64,000 bases of DNA from Octopus vulgaris. Taxonomy: Eukaryota. The position numbers were made by a program, and so were the translations under genes. Each line of letters begins with the position of its first letter. The stretch's first letter is position 1. This document shows positions 46,201 to 60,642 of the stretch, in pieces. The stretch lies in the NCBI GenBank assembly GCA_951406725.2, contig OX597820.1, positions 89,156,001-89,220,000 of the forward strand. The letters are read 5' to 3'. The notes under the pieces are model-generated. The model was not told where the DNA came from. It worked only from the letters and a program-made list of their open reading frames with translations, and made no database searches.

Positions 46201-46871
46201 TACACACACACATACATACACACACATATATACATACATACATATACATACATAATACATACATATACATACATACATACACACACACACATACACACAC
46301 ACACAGTATTGAAGCTTGAGAACAATCAGATACATTTGCAACACATCTGTTGAAAATATTATTGTTCACACACATACATATACATATATACATACATACA
46401 GACAGACAGATAGACACACACACACACACACACATGATCCAGCATGGCCACAACCTCAAGGCTGAAACATATAAAAGAATAACAGAATATAAATGTGTGC
46501 AAAGTACAAGAAATATTAATGCAGTATATGGGGATTGGACAATAAGCGTAAGGCAGTGTCAATGGTGGTTCCAGAAATCCCGAGCCATAAACTACAGCCT
46601 AGAAGACGAGCCTCATCCTGAAAGATCTGTAGAACTCGACAAGGACATCCTGAAAACCCTGGTGGAACAAAATATCATCGTAACTGTTGAGGAACTAGCA
46701 GAGAAGCTTGGATTTGGTCATTCAACCATTCATTGACACCTGTGTGCTATCGGAAAAGTCAGCAAATTGGGTCAATGGGTTCCTCACGAACTTTCCGAGT
46801 CTAATTGCATGCAGAGAGTGAATGTATGCTTTTCTTTGCTGTCATATCTCACCACTACTGCGCTATGTATA

Positions 46872-47503
46872 TCTATATATATAAAACTGTAGTTGTGTGA
46901 GTGTCTGTCCCCTTCGATTTAGATTCCTAACTACTCCCACATTTTGCGGTACAGTTTAACCAAATTCGGGTAGCTTATAGTCGTGATTCAATTCGAGCCC
47001 GTCTGAATATTAGCGCGCGTCTACGATGAGTCTACGATTTTTAAAATAATTTAACATTTTTTATTCCATTTTAATGCATAATTTTTCGTGTGTCGATGGC
47101 GGCGGAGTTGGCGTCCACGCTCACACCTGCACCTGTGGGGAAGGGAGTGTAAGGAAATCAACGTCGTAATGCGTTGTCAAGGAGACCAGTGTTCTTTTAG
47201 AACAACGACTTCATGGCTTGAAGACACCAAAACAGAAATGGCTAAGAAAGCGTCTACATGAGTCTACGATTTAAAAAAAATTTACCATCGTTTTTTTTCC
47301 ATTTTAATGCATTTTTTCGCTATTATATAAGGGAAGTAACTCTCTAAAAATGTCTACGATGAGTCAACGATTTAAAAAAAAAATTACCATCATATTTTTT
47401 CCATTTTTAATGCATTTTTTGCTATTTTTTGGCTATAACTCTCTAAAAATGCTTATATAGTTATTTCCCTTACAAACCCGAGCAACGCCGGGCGATACTG
47501 CTA

Positions 47504-47504
<1 letters not shown>
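46872..47504 (+). mobile_element. Non-autonomous Helitron (duplicate)
   Basis: Same termini, near-identical to 45084-45719. Confidence 0.9.
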
Positions 47505-47527
<23 letters not shown>

Positions 47528-47549
<22 letters not shown>

Positions 47550-47918
47550 CGGGAAGCTTTATGAAAATAAACAAAAGACGAAGGCAGGTGGAAAACAAAC
47601 GAACAATTGTATTAGTATGGCGCTCAGGAAATATAAATAAAACAAGTCTTTAACGTTTCGAGCCTACGCTCTTCAACAGAAAGATACAGAGAGAGAAAAA
47701 ACACAGAAAGAAGGAGAGAAAAAAATGCGTGCAGTAGCTAACGAATCAACATGGCGATCTGATTTCGGCCAGAGGTCAAAGATCAAACATGAGACGCGAG
47801 AGCGAAATAAGGGGAGATAATAGGGTTGATAAAAGGGTTGAGGGACCAGCTAATAGTGCGTAGGAGGGGTCTGGATGTGTGTATGTATAGGGTTGGTGTA
47901 TGTATTAGTATGTATAAG

Positions 47919-47965
<47 letters not shown>

Positions 47966-48067
47966 AGAGAGTATTAGTGCGTAGGATTGGTCTGGACGTG
48001 CGTATGTATGGGGTTGGTGTATGTATTAGTATGTATTAGTATGTATTAGTACGTATTGGTATGTATA

Positions 48068-48080
<13 letters not shown>
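47528..48080 (-). mobile_element. Penelope-like 3' UTR/pLTR copy without ORF; hammerhead-like motif at 47648-47683
   Basis: Near-identical to 11021-11530; embedded in (TA)n. Confidence 0.9.
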
Positions 48081-48107
<27 letters not shown>

Positions 48108-48712
48108 GATATATGTATATGCTTGTATACTCACACACACGCATGTATATATAAGCGCAGGCGTGGCTGTGTGATAAGATGAGCTAACTTGTCAACTACA
48201 AGGTTCTGGGTTCAGTTCCACTGCGTGGCACCTTGGACAAGTGTTTTCTACTATGGAAACTGAAAGAAGCCCGTTGCATACACACACACACACATACACA
48301 CAAGAAGACATGTATATCGCAAATGTAAGTGTCTGTAGTACGTCTTTAAAATATGTACTTTCCTTTAAATATCTTGGTAATAGGCAATATTTAAAACAGG
48401 GATGTGAGCCTAGATGGGGTGACTGTAAGTAGAATCCAGACGTCTTGATCTTTTTGTAATATAAAATCACCAGAGTGGCCTAAACCATGCATACTAAATG
48501 ACGCTAAAATTTCACTTAAAAATGTATTTTGTCTTCTTGTGTGTGTGTATGTGAGTATACAAGCATATATATATATATATACGCACACATATATATGTAT
48601 ATACGTATAAATATATGTATATCGCTAATATAAGTGTTATAGTACGTCTTTAAAATCTGTACTTTCCTTCTGTTAAAAATGTATTTTGTCTTCTTGTGTA
48701 TATATATATATA

Positions 48713-49050
48713 AGGGCACTGTATACCAGATTAAGTGCCAGGAGGGAGCTTGCGCGGCTAACCCGGAGTCATACATAGGTGAGACCTCTAGAAGCATCAA
48801 TGATAGGTTCAAAGAACACCTGGACAACTACATTGAAAGGAGGCCAAACTCCATCTTCTACCAACATGCTGTAGACTGCCACAAGGGATCCTTAGGGGAG
48901 CTTAAGTTGAACATCCTATCTACACATCCCACCGATGCAATGTTGAGACAGGTCACAGAAGCTGTTTGTATACAAGAATACAAACCTACTCTCAACCGAA
49001 AGTCCGAATGGAATAACATCCAGATCCCATTCAGAAGGACTATTCTATAA
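48713..49050 (+). pseudogene. Penelope-like GIY-YIG endonuclease fragment (second PLE family)
   Basis: GTVYQIKC..SYIGETSRSINDRFKEH..RQVTEAVCIQ..KPTLN; begins at a (TA)n tract. Confidence 0.85.
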
Positions 49051-50208
49051 CCACCCCTCTCTCTCTCTCCCTTTCACCTGTAGTCCTTACATACAGGTTG
49101 CAATGCGTATGTGCAGTTATATACAACGGTATGAGCAGACGTTGTTTGATACGAACAGTTGCACCTAGGCGTTGTATCCATTCACGGTTAGACGATGATG
49201 AGAGGAACAAACACACACCCCCACACACATATATATATATGTGTGTGCGTCTATACAAACATATATGTAAATATGTATACAACCTTCAGCAAAGTAACAG
49301 TCATGTACACAACTTGGACGGACACATGCCAGTACACGGACATACGTTCACATACACATACACATGTACACACCCTCACGGACACATCTGCCCATTCTCC
49401 TAGACACTCACATACGTAGCACATGAAGACAAACATACATACATACCTACGTATGGGCATACACACACGTACATACGCACGTACATGTACACACACACAT
49501 ACATGGGCACATGCATACGAGCGCGTATACATACATACGCACATGCGTACGTATGTACATACATGCATACATACACACATACATACATACATACATACAT
49601 ACATACATACATACATACATACATACATACATACATACGCACATACATACATACATACGAACAATAGTAAAACATTAGTTCTGTGATATAGAGATAAATA
49701 TCTGATAATAGATTTTAGGGTATAGTTCTTGTGAGCAAGCGTCATAAATTCACTTTCTAGCCTCGGCCGTAGGGAGTTGAAATTTGATAGCGTTGTGATG
49801 AGTGGTCACTCTACATCCATCCATCGCTACAGGTTTATAACTTTATGTTTTATAGAGTGTATGTGCGTGCTTATACACACACATACATATATACATACAT
49901 ACATACATACATACATACATACATACATGCATACACAGGCGTATGTGCGTACATGCATACGTACATACATACACACATGTATGCATACATACACACATAC
50001 ATACGTACATATATATGACGAACTAACTGTTACTTTCTTAGATGCAGCACGGACTTTGTCAGTGAACAGGTCGCGGATTTTAGCGACGAAAATATTTTGA
50101 CAAATTAAACTTAAATGTTGGAGTGAATCGAACGGCTTTTGTGTGTTTCTTAAATGGCTTATAAACACCTTCCACGCTGCAATTGTTTTCGTTTCAGCAC
50201 ACGATATC

Positions 50209-50266
<58 letters not shown>

Positions 50267-50432
50267 GACGGGCTTCATTCAGTTTCCATAGTAGAAATCA
50301 CTTGACCAAGGTGCCACGCAGTCGGACTGAACCCGGAACCGTGTGGTCGACAAGTTAGCTCATCTTATCACACAGCCACGCCTGCGCTTATATATACATG
50401 TGTGTGTGTGTGTATGTGAGTATACAAGGTGC

Positions 50433-50485
<53 letters not shown>

Positions 50486-50519
50486 GTATGTATATATATA
50501 TATGTATATGTATATGTAC

Positions 50520-50587
<68 letters not shown>

Positions 50588-50592
<5 letters not shown>

Positions 50593-50797
50593 TAATCCAA
50601 ACAAGAAAGCACAAAAAAACACAACAACGCGAGGACGTGGAACAAATATAGTATTATTGGACGCTCAGGAAAGAAGGAAAGAAGGAAGGTTTAACATTTC
50701 GAGCGGAGCTCTTCGTCGGAAACATAGGAGAAGGAAAGATCTAGAGAAGGGAAGACAGAGGGAAAAAAATCGCCAACGGTACACACGAGGTCACGTG
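50588..50797 (-). mobile_element. Short Penelope-derived module; hammerhead-like motif at 50689-50723
   Basis: gttt CCGACGA a gagc-tcc-gctc GAA atgt t aaac; abuts (TA)n. Confidence 0.6.
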
Positions 50798-51667
50798 TAT
50801 GTAGTATGTCTTTAGAAACTGTACTTTCCTTCAAATATCTTGGTAATAGGTAATATTTAAAACAGGGATGCGAGCCTAGATGGGGTGACTGTGAATAGAA
50901 TCCAGACGTCTTGTTGATCTTGTAATATAAAATCACCACAGTGGCTTAAACCATGCATACTAAATGACGCTTAAATGTCACTTAAGAATGTATTTTGTCT
51001 GCTTTGTTGCATGATTGTGAAACATGGAGATTATATTAGTAAAACATGGAGCGTTTTCAGCTAAAGTGTCTTTGCATATATTTTGGAGAGACTTTGTGAA
51101 TGATGTTCAAGTCTTGAAGACAGCAAATGTCATAAGCATAGAATATCTCTTGTGACAGAGAAGACTGAGGCGAGCAAGCCACGTAGTTCGTACTGAAGAT
51201 GGAGAACTATATTCTAAAATGTGGCTTTACATATCGAAGTTAAAATGCGATTTCTTTAAATCAGATCGGAAGAAAGTGTGGAAAATTTGGAAACTATTGT
51301 AGTCAATAGAAAATAAAGGAAAAATAATATATTGAATGACGTATATTTGCCATTTAAATATGGCTAACCCCTAAGGGTGGATGCTACTATAGTCTGTAGC
51401 CCCAGGAGGACACCTCCTCCAGCTGGCTATAGACACAGTTTCTGTGCCCTATCAGTATTTGCAAAGGGAAGCCATCCTTTCCGTCTTCAATGCGTTCATG
51501 CATTTTGAAAGATTCGCATTAACCATGTAAAATGAAAATGAAATGCACAAAACTCCTTTAAGAGACAATAATCATTTTAAATGCCCAGCTTGAAATCTAG
51601 GTTGCTTCAATTTTCAACAACTTCCAATAATATATTTGCATCTTTAATTAATCACATGAAATATTTA

Positions 51668-52429
51668 CCGTATTTGATGGCATATAAAATGCATCTTTTT
51701 CTCCAAAAGTTTCTCAAAAAATTACCTCGAGTTCTATTCGCGAATTTGAGCTTTCCTTTCATTTTCATTTCGTCCCTGACTCTCCTCACTACAACAGACT
51801 AATTTTAATTCAGACGGTCTCTTCTACCTAGACTGACTCAAAAATAATATTTAGTTTTTACTTATATACGGTTGTGCTTTCTTCTATAGCTAAGGCACCT
51901 TTGTTGTTTTATAGTGTACTGCTAGATTGCTTTACTGCATTGTAGCAGGAATATTCAGCCGTCACCCGATGTCTCGATTCGCTAGAATAGGCCACAGCGA
52001 TGATCTCATGTTTTGGCGCACTTCTGAGGTCTATCAACCTGTATAAATTCGACACACTGTGACTACTAGACAGAGATCTTTGGGACGCAGCAGAAAAAAG
52101 CATTGACAGACACTATAGGTTTTGGCCATCAGATACGGTGGACAGCAGCTGACGACACGAAGGCAATGAACAGTTGGGGAACGAACGACATTAGAAGTCA
52201 GTAGCTAACAAGCAACTAACAAACAACGCTTTATCAGCTGCTACAACCACACCTTGAACAAAAACTCTCTCGACGCTTCTTCGTTCGTAGTAACATCATT
52301 CGTTTTTTGTTTACGAAAAGAATAAAATTTTATTTATCAAAAATCTCAACAGCACTATAAACTTTTTGCAGCTGCTAAAATTTAGGTGCGTCTAATATGT
52401 CCGTACATCTTTTATGCTATCAAATATGA
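51668..52429. mobile_element. Degenerate pogo/Tigger-like non-autonomous element
   Basis: ta-ccgtatttgatggcatataaaatg / catcttttatgctatcaaatatga-ta imperfect TIRs. Confidence 0.55.
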
Positions 52430-52439
52430 TAAATATTAT

Positions 52440-52888
52440 TGCTGGGGGCTGCCTGCTGACAGGTGACGGTCGTTTAGAAAAAGCGCGGGCTAAAACTACG
52501 CGCCTTCACTAGTCAGTTAAGGTGAGACAGTGTCACGTGACAACTTGCTGGGGTTGCCTTCTGGAGCCTATGCGGCAGGTATTTAAAGAGAGAAATTTGA
52601 CAAGACAGTCAGTCACTGGCTGACACTCGCTGACGATACATCGAAGAGGCCAGGGAACAGAAGAAAGAAGACATGCACCCAACACCAGAGCTGAAGACAC
52701 CTCCGAAAGGGGGGCCCCGCAACGTCAAAACGGTAGAGGAGTAGGGGCCGAAACCGGACGTGGTTCCTCCTGATGATGTCTTGAGCTAACTGGATCCTAT
52801 AAAGGAGCTGTTGTGGTAGCAGACCACGAAACAGGGTCGTAATTCCTCCATATTACCCCAGATTGCCAATTTACAGTTAGGGATAACA
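52440..52888 (+). mobile_element. Solo LTR candidate
   Basis: TG..CA ends (tgctgggg..gggataaca), GC-rich relative to flanks, TATA-like tatttaaa; TSD imperfect. Confidence 0.45.
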
Positions 52889-52984
52889 ATATAGAAGAAA
52901 TGACAAAACAGTTACGTTTAAATGGTTGGTTATGCAGTAGAGTCAACAGGGATCTTAAGAAATCTAAAGGGAAGATAGTTTTTA

Positions 52985-53135
52985 CACATTTTCAGCACCT
53001 GCTAATGGTTGTAAGTGTAATTTTGCATTCAACAGCAGAATGTAAAAGAACTTTCAGTTGTATTAATTTTTCTTCACCGCGTGCAAGACTTTCAAATAAT
53101 TACCTTTCATCTCTTCCATTTATTTCGTTCGTAGG
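52985..53135 (+). pseudogene. hAT transposase dimerisation-domain remnant
   Basis: HSTAECKRTFSCIN..RARLSNNYLSSL resembles the S.A.CER.FS motif. Confidence 0.5.
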
Positions 53136-53394
53136 TGGGAGGAAGACTTATCTGACAAAATCTAACTCCGAAGGATATTGAAGACATTACATCTTTGTGG
53201 CAGAAAATTTACTAAAATATAGCATGAAGAAAGTAAAAAGAGGTGATACAGGAAAATGATTTTTTTTCACGATATTTCATTGAATCACAGTTTAATAACA
53301 AAGAAATAAAGAAATAGTAAAAAAAAAGAAACAAAAATGGTGAGGATTAAGCAGAAGAGGGATGGATCAAACACCCAAGAACAAACGGCGGACT

Positions 53395-53600
53395 CAGTCG
53401 CGCCCTGCGATTATGACTGCGATGACGTTGCAGCGGAGAATGGCCAAAGACACTCGCTGTAGCAACCACTCCAACTCGCGCGGCTCATTTCTCAGCCGTT
53501 ATCCCTATTTTACGGAGGAAATCGATAGTGTGGGGTTCGAGAACACACGAGCGGTACAAACTGATAGCAACCGGTCAGATCCCTATCTTGATTTTTCTTC
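53395..53600 (-). pseudogene. CRE-like non-LTR endonuclease C-terminal remnant
   Basis: YQFVPL..TIDFLRKIG..RELEWLLQRVSLAILRCN. Confidence 0.6.
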
Positions 53601-53756
53601 TTTCTGTGTCACGGGCAGCGATACCCGGATTTAGTTTACGTATGTCTTCTCAGTTTGCACAAATACTTTTCGACTTTTTCCAGTTATTTCGTAGGTGGAC
53701 GTAGGTGTCAGGAAGACTTATCTTATAAAAATTTAACTCTTAGGGATATTTGATAT

Positions 53757-54131
53757 CTCTTTTACTCTTTACTCTTTCACTTGTTTCAGTCATTTGACTG
53801 CGGCCATGCTGGAGCACCGCCTTTAATCGAGCAACTCGACCCCGGAACTTATTCTTTTGTAAGCCCAGTACTTATTCTATCGGTCTCTTTTGCCGAACGG
53901 GGAAGTAAACACCAGCATGCTAGGGGGACAAACACAGACACACACACATATATATACATACATATATACGACGGGCTTCTTTCAGTTTCCGTCTACCAAA
54001 TCCACTCACAAGGCATTGGTCGGCCTGGGGCTATAGCAGAAGACACTTGCCCAAGATGCCACGCAGTGGGACTGAACCCGGAACCATGTGGTTGGTTAGC
54101 AAGCTACTTACCACACAGCCACTCCTGCGCC
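53757..54131 (-). mobile_element. SINE family A
   Basis: Matches the other copies, with small deletions. Confidence 0.9.
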
Positions 54132-54464
54132 TATATAAGTTTTAGAAATTCTAAATGTATTTATATTTATAGATTCACAGATCATAGCATCTGTGTGTGT
54201 ATGTGTGTGTGTAAGGCTGCGAAATAGTTGAGTCGTTAGAGATTTGGAAAGAATGCTTCGCGATATTTGCTCCCACTCTTTGCATATTGCGTTCAAATCT
54301 CGACGAGGTAAATTTTTACTTGTCCTTTTGCGGTCGATAAAAATAAAAGAAATTTATGGCGATGGAATGGCGAAACTGTAAAAACCTAAATAATTTATAC
54401 AATTTATACATTTTTTTTTTCATTTCATGTTTATTTCATTCATTGTTTGCAATATTCTTCCCCG

Positions 54465-54503
<39 letters not shown>

Positions 54504-55257
54504 TTAAACTGTCCAACTATTTTCTTCCTAACCTTCCTGTTAGACTGCTGGCCCGAAATAGGCGACCATCCGGCTTTCTGGAGCTCAAATTTCATCAGTT
54601 ATTCTGTACCTCTCCTTCATATTAACACCTCATTAACATTCATAAAGTAATTCCATATTCCATGCCTCACAGTCTAAAATGATCTCTCGTGACTGTCCCA
54701 GATGTATAATATTTCCCAAACTATGCCTCAGATAATAGTTTGTTCTTCAGACTGGAAATATTTAAGCGGTCATCAGTTGCTGATCTAAAGCCTATATCAG
54801 AGTACTGAACAAATATTCGGGGACAGTTCTGGAGTTATTGACATAAACAGCCTAGATCAGTATTTCTCAATCATTTATTTATTTATAAACCCCTTTGTTT
54901 CCTACTTTATTTAGATGGGCCCTCTCCAGTTTTCCTCAACCTTTTTACCCTTGAGTAACCCTTACAATAAATTACATGTCTCAAGGAACTCCTGCATAAA
55001 AAAATTATATACCATGAAACTAGATAAAATAAAATTAAAAAAAAAAAAATATCTTTCTCATATTTTTGTCATCGTAGTTTCCGTAGTACACATCATAAAT
55101 ATCATATATATTGACGAGTTTCGTTTTTTTCACTTTCCTGAGGAGAAGATTGCATTGTTTATACCATTTATTCTTTTGAATAGTATCAGTGGAATTTTCG
55201 AAACATGTGTCGAAAGTAAAAATATTTGATTACACCTGCGTTAACCCAATTTTTTTA

Positions 55258-55296
<39 letters not shown>

Positions 55297-55619
55297 GTAA
55301 AACATAGGATTGCGATTTAAAAAAAAAATTTACTACCAGTGGACTAGCATGTATAAAATGTCAAATAGACAACATGTTCTCAATATAAAATAGTGTACAT
55401 TTAAACACAAGAGAAACTACCCTTTACAGGTAGTTTTATACGCTAGAATAAAAACTTTTAGCTGGTTATTTTTTTACGGTTATACCTAGATTTCAAATTT
55501 TATTTAGCAAATAAAATAATTTGCTAGGCGAAATTCTCATCAGTAACCGCGCCATAACATTAGCATATAATCTAGAGACAAATAACACGTGTCTCATCAT
55601 TATATGTTATAATTTTCCA

Positions 55620-55767
55620 AATTAAGTACCAGTGTTTCACTGGTACTTAATTTATCGACCTCAAAAGGAAGAAAGGCAAAGTCGACCTCGGTGGAATTTG
55701 AACTCAGAACGTAGCGAAGGGCGAAATATCGTTAAGCATTTCGTCCAGCGTGCTAACGATTCTGCCA
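55620..55767 (-). mobile_element. SINE family B fragment
   Basis: ctggtacttaatttatcgacc..ggaatttgaactcagaacgtag. Confidence 0.75.
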
Positions 55768-55995
55768 ATAATAATAATTACTATCATAAACAAAATAATA
55801 ATACAGTGGACAGGGAAAAATAAAAGGATAGTGAAAAGATGAGAGGGAAGTGCCATGTGGTTTGTTGGATTATAAGAGTGTAATGTCGACGATGTTCAAT
55901 GGGAAGGGGACGACATTTGTTGGCGAGTAAGAGGTAATCTAAGTTGTCATTAATAATAATTTTTTTGTTTATGAAACGTATGTAAGACGGTGCAA

Positions 55996-56388
55996 TCTTT
56001 ATATATAAAAGAGAGGTTGTGTGCTGTCTGTCTCCTACGATTTAGATTCCTAACTACTCCCACATTTGCGGTGCAGTTTAACCAAAACCGGGTATCTTAT
56101 AGTCGTGATTCATATCGAGCCCTTCTGGGTATTGGCGTGCGTCTACGATGAGTCTACGATTTTAAATAAAATTTACCATCAATTTTTCCCATTTTTAATG
56201 CATTTTGGCATATATAAGGGAAGTAACTCTCTAAAAAAATATTATTAAATCTCAGAACGTAAAAAGCTACAGTAACACCCCCCTTTGTGGTTAGCCATAT
56301 TGAGATGGCTATTATACTTTACATCTCTAAAAATGCTTATATAGTTATTTCCCTTACAAACCCGAGCAACGCCGGGCGATACTGCTAG
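55996..56388 (+). mobile_element. Non-autonomous Helitron, same family as 45084-45719
   Basis: A|TC start; identical 3' hairpin and CTAG|T. Confidence 0.9.
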
Positions 56389-56636
56389 TATCTTATAAAT
56401 AATTTCTCATGTTTCGTTTTGCTCCTCATATGTACTCTGTGATATATCGAAATTCAGTTACTGGTTATTTGTCGTATAATTTAAGTTTTAAATTGCACCA
56501 CACACCCACACACACCCACACACACATATTATGCACTGTTCCGTGATAGAAAATTCAACAACAAAAGTACTCCATCTGGTGAGAGATAAATATTAAATTA
56601 CAAGGCATAATACGTGTATTTAAGCGCTACTAATAG

Positions 56637-56700
<64 letters not shown>

Positions 56701-56704
<4 letters not shown>

Positions 56705-56914
56705 AGAGTTTACGAAAAAAACAAAAGACGAAGACAGGTAGCGTACAAAACAAACAGATGTATTAGTATAACGCTCAGGAATAGAAAAAGTCTTTTACGT
56801 TTCGAGCCTACGCTCTTCTACAGAAAGGGACACAGAAAATACAAGGAGAGAAACAAGGAGAGAAAAAAAAATGAGAGAGAATAAAGGAGAGCAAAAAAAA
56901 AGGAGAGAAAAAAA

Positions 56915-56916
<2 letters not shown>
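56701..56916 (-). mobile_element. Short Penelope-derived module inside (TA)n; hammerhead-like motif at 56792-56827
   Basis: Homologous to 11021-11190; cttt CTGTAGA a gagc-gtag-gctc GAA acgt a aaag. Confidence 0.75.
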
Positions 56917-56982
<66 letters not shown>

Positions 56983-58065
56983 ACATATACACACACATAC
57001 ATTGAATACTCGAAATGAGGAGTAGATAGGCAGGTGACAACTAATGAAGGCTTGTTCTTTGTGTTACTTGTCCTGTTTCCATTTCTCTCGTTGTTTGCGT
57101 ATTTAAGTCGGCTGTTTTCGTACCTCATGTTGTGTCACGTCCTGTACAGTTGGTGTCACGTCCTGTACATATACATACTATATATATATATATATATGCA
57201 CATACATACATACATACATACATACATACATACATACATACATACATACATACATACATACATACATACATACATACGTACGTACGTACATTCTCTTGGC
57301 TTGTTTTCGCGAACGAAGGTTTACGGAGAGGCACCACCGCAAAGGCTGCGTGGGAAATTAAACTGACCAAAGGTAGTCGTCTTTGTTTTTTCCGCTTGTA
57401 AGGGAAATAACTATATAAGCATGTCTGCAGGGATGGTCCTTCAAGTGTTTTTAGAAGCTGGTATCTGGTGGACAATGAGACGCTAGCTTTCCGGTTTCAG
57501 TCATACTGTGTGGTACCTTGGTTATTTGTCCTCTACTGCAGTCTCAAGTGGACCAAATCCTTATGAGTGGATTTGGTGGACGGAAACTGAAAGAAGCCCA
57601 TCATATGTATATGAGTCTATGTGTGTGAGTTCCCCCCTCCACCGCTTGACAACCGGTGCTGGTGTGCTTACATCCCTGTAACTTAGTGGTTTGGCAACAT
57701 ACACCTTCTCTATAACAGTGCAATAAAGTGTTTCCCGATGATCCGTTGTGGCTCAGTGTCCATTTGCAATTGGAACGTCTTATGCAGAGTTTCAAACAAC
57801 CACAATGGTGAAACGTACGTAGGAACAAATAACATAAATTTGTGTTTATCGTACTTTCTCCTACATTTGCTTTGTTTATACCGTAACTGATAACACTAGT
57901 AAGTATAGTAGTTACTTAACAACTGCACTGGAAGCCGACTGGACGCTGAATATCCACGTGTAGGAGCTCTTAACAGTTGCAATCGTACATCTTTTTGAAC
58001 ACACACACACGCACACACACACGCACAGGTACACACACACACACACACACACAACACACACACAC

Positions 58066-58101
<36 letters not shown>

Positions 58102-58230
58102 ACACACACACAGATAACAACTTGAATCAAACTCAGTATGATTCTGATTTCTGAAGAGATGGACGCATCCTACGCGACCACGAGATGTTTCAAGTTATAT
58201 AGAGCTGAGTCAAACTAATATGTACATACA

Positions 58231-58293
<63 letters not shown>

Positions 58294-58633
58294 CCACCTA
58301 AGAATCAATAAGTCACAAAAAACACAATTTGCACTTATAGGGTATATTAATCGAAGTATACAGTATTATATATCTGTTACGGTCAATCTTACCGGTTGGC
58401 TTCGCTTCTTGTTTTTACAACATTTAACCATAAGAGAAGATTTTTTTCTCGATAACTGCAGTGAATTTGCATTCAGCAGCTGAAATATGTCACAAACATA
58501 TTTTAACTAATCTAAAGTTTACATATACATACATACATACATACATACATACATACATACATACATACATACATACATACATACATACATACATACATAC
58601 GTACGTACGTACATACATACATACATACATACA

Positions 58634-58840
58634 TGATGGTTGCCCCCTCATTATCGAGTATGGCCATTGCACGAAGCTTAACTGTTACTGGTGCTGTGAT
58701 CGAATGTGACTTTTTAGCCCAGCTAAAGATCTACAATGTCTTGTACAGAATTGGCAGCTAATACCTTTACCGATAATAGCCGGCTGTAGTTGTAACTGGG
58801 CTTCATGTACACTCTCTTCCACATGCCTGACAGATATGAT
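58634..58840 (-). mobile_element. RTE LINE 3' end remnant
   Basis: CQFCTRHCRSLAGLKSHIRSQH* followed by a (TATG)n tail. Confidence 0.6.
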
Positions 58841-59045
58841 TAGTATGGTGTGTTACACCACCACCAGTGGCCAGGTTGTCACTCATCTGTCTCATTTTAT
58901 GACTACGAAGATGACTCTTGAGTCCAGCTTTACTGAGGCATACATACATACATGCATATATACATGCATACATACATATTTATATACACATGTGTGTGTG
59001 TGTGTGTGCGCGTGTGCGTGTGTTTGTGTGCATGTGTGTGTGAGA

Positions 59046-59324
59046 CAGTGGCGGCTCGTGTATAGGCACTACAGAATTGCAGTAACCCCTATTTCCACTC
59101 GATATTATCGATAACATTCAATATAATGAGTCCTTTTTCTTTAATTCTTTCTTTATACTTGTACATTATATAATCTTTAAGCTTAATGTCAGTAGCAATC
59201 TCCTAGTTTATGAAAAAAATACAAAAATCCTTGTATAGAACTGTGCACTTCACAGTTCCAGCAACGCAGTGCTTAGCTGTTGTGCACATGCTCACATGTC
59301 CGAGATAGGAAGCTTCACGCTAGT

Positions 59325-59401
<77 letters not shown>

Positions 59402-60324
59402 CACTGTCGTTCACTCAGTGTCGATGAAAGGTAGTGTTTCTTTTTGACTCCGCGTGTGTTGTGCTTAAAAACGTGTTTACCGTAAAACCTTGAGTATAAT
59501 CCGCATTTTTTCCCAAAATTTAAATGTCAAAATCCTTAGTGCGTTCTATATACGAGGTTAAAAATGAAAAATATTTTCTAAGCAATGTCCGAGTCTCTAT
59601 TTTCTGTCTGGCAATGTTTATTCAGACGCATTTTCTGATGTCGGGCGCGAAAATACCTTAAGCCAAGCCTGAAAGCAATGAAGTCAATAAAGAATCATCC
59701 ATAGCTTGCAGTAAGCAACATTTATTAAACGTTATTACTGTTATTACTATTATTTCTTTGTTTTCTGCAAACAAAATGTACAAAATAGCTACACGTTTGC
59801 ATTATGTTAGATACAATAATAATAAGGGACGTTACCGTATACATTTTTACAAACCAAGGACGTTATATAGACCTCCTTGACTCAAGTTAGAGAAGGGGTG
59901 CGTACTATACACAAGGTTTAGGGTTTTCAGAGGTAAAGCCCACTAAAAATCCCCTGCGTATTATACTCAAGGGCGAACTATACTCGAGGATTTACGGTAT
60001 ATTCTTGAATGTAATAGAGTGTAGAATTAGATTATTATCCTGCTTGCAGCTTCAGTGTTGCTGCTAGAATTTGAAAAATAGGGCAGATTCCCACCCCTCT
60101 TATTTTGTGATTTAGGGGGATTTTTGAAAAACAAGGAGGAATTCACGGCGGTGTTCAGTGAACAAATTAAACACACTACCCGGCAGTGACAGAAACGTGA
60201 ACCGATCAAGTTTACGTATAAATTTTCTTTTTATATGTTTGTTTCCTTTTACATAATATGAAAACAACGGTTAAAAGTTTTCTGAAGAAGCACCACCATT
60301 GATTTTATCTACGAGCCGCCACTG
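59046..60324. mobile_element. Non-autonomous hAT-like element
   Basis: TIR cagtggcggctcgt / acgagccgccactg; degenerate 8-bp TSD gtgtgaga / gcgtgtga. Confidence 0.7.
59480..59997. mobile_element. pogo/Tigger-like MITE nested in the hAT element
   Basis: ta-ccgtaaaaccttgagtata / tatactcgaggatttacgg-ta. Confidence 0.8.
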
Positions 60325-60642
60325 GCGTGTGATTTACGTAATATTATATGTTTGTTATACGTTTGCATTAGTAAGTTGAGCAGAAAATAACCTTTTGGTA
60401 TTTGTTTGCTAAGTTGCATCCGTTTGGTGCAATTAACCATTGGATGAATAATGATGATATAAGATATAGGAGTTGCAAAATTGACTAAAAGTGACCAGGG
60501 TGATGCTAGAGAATGGGAGCAGCGCATTGGCTTAAATAAGTGAAAGAATTTTCATCCGTGCGTATATAATTAGGCATGTGCATACGGTTGGGCACCTACT
60601 CATACTTCACGGATATACGACACCGTATGCATATATATTCTT

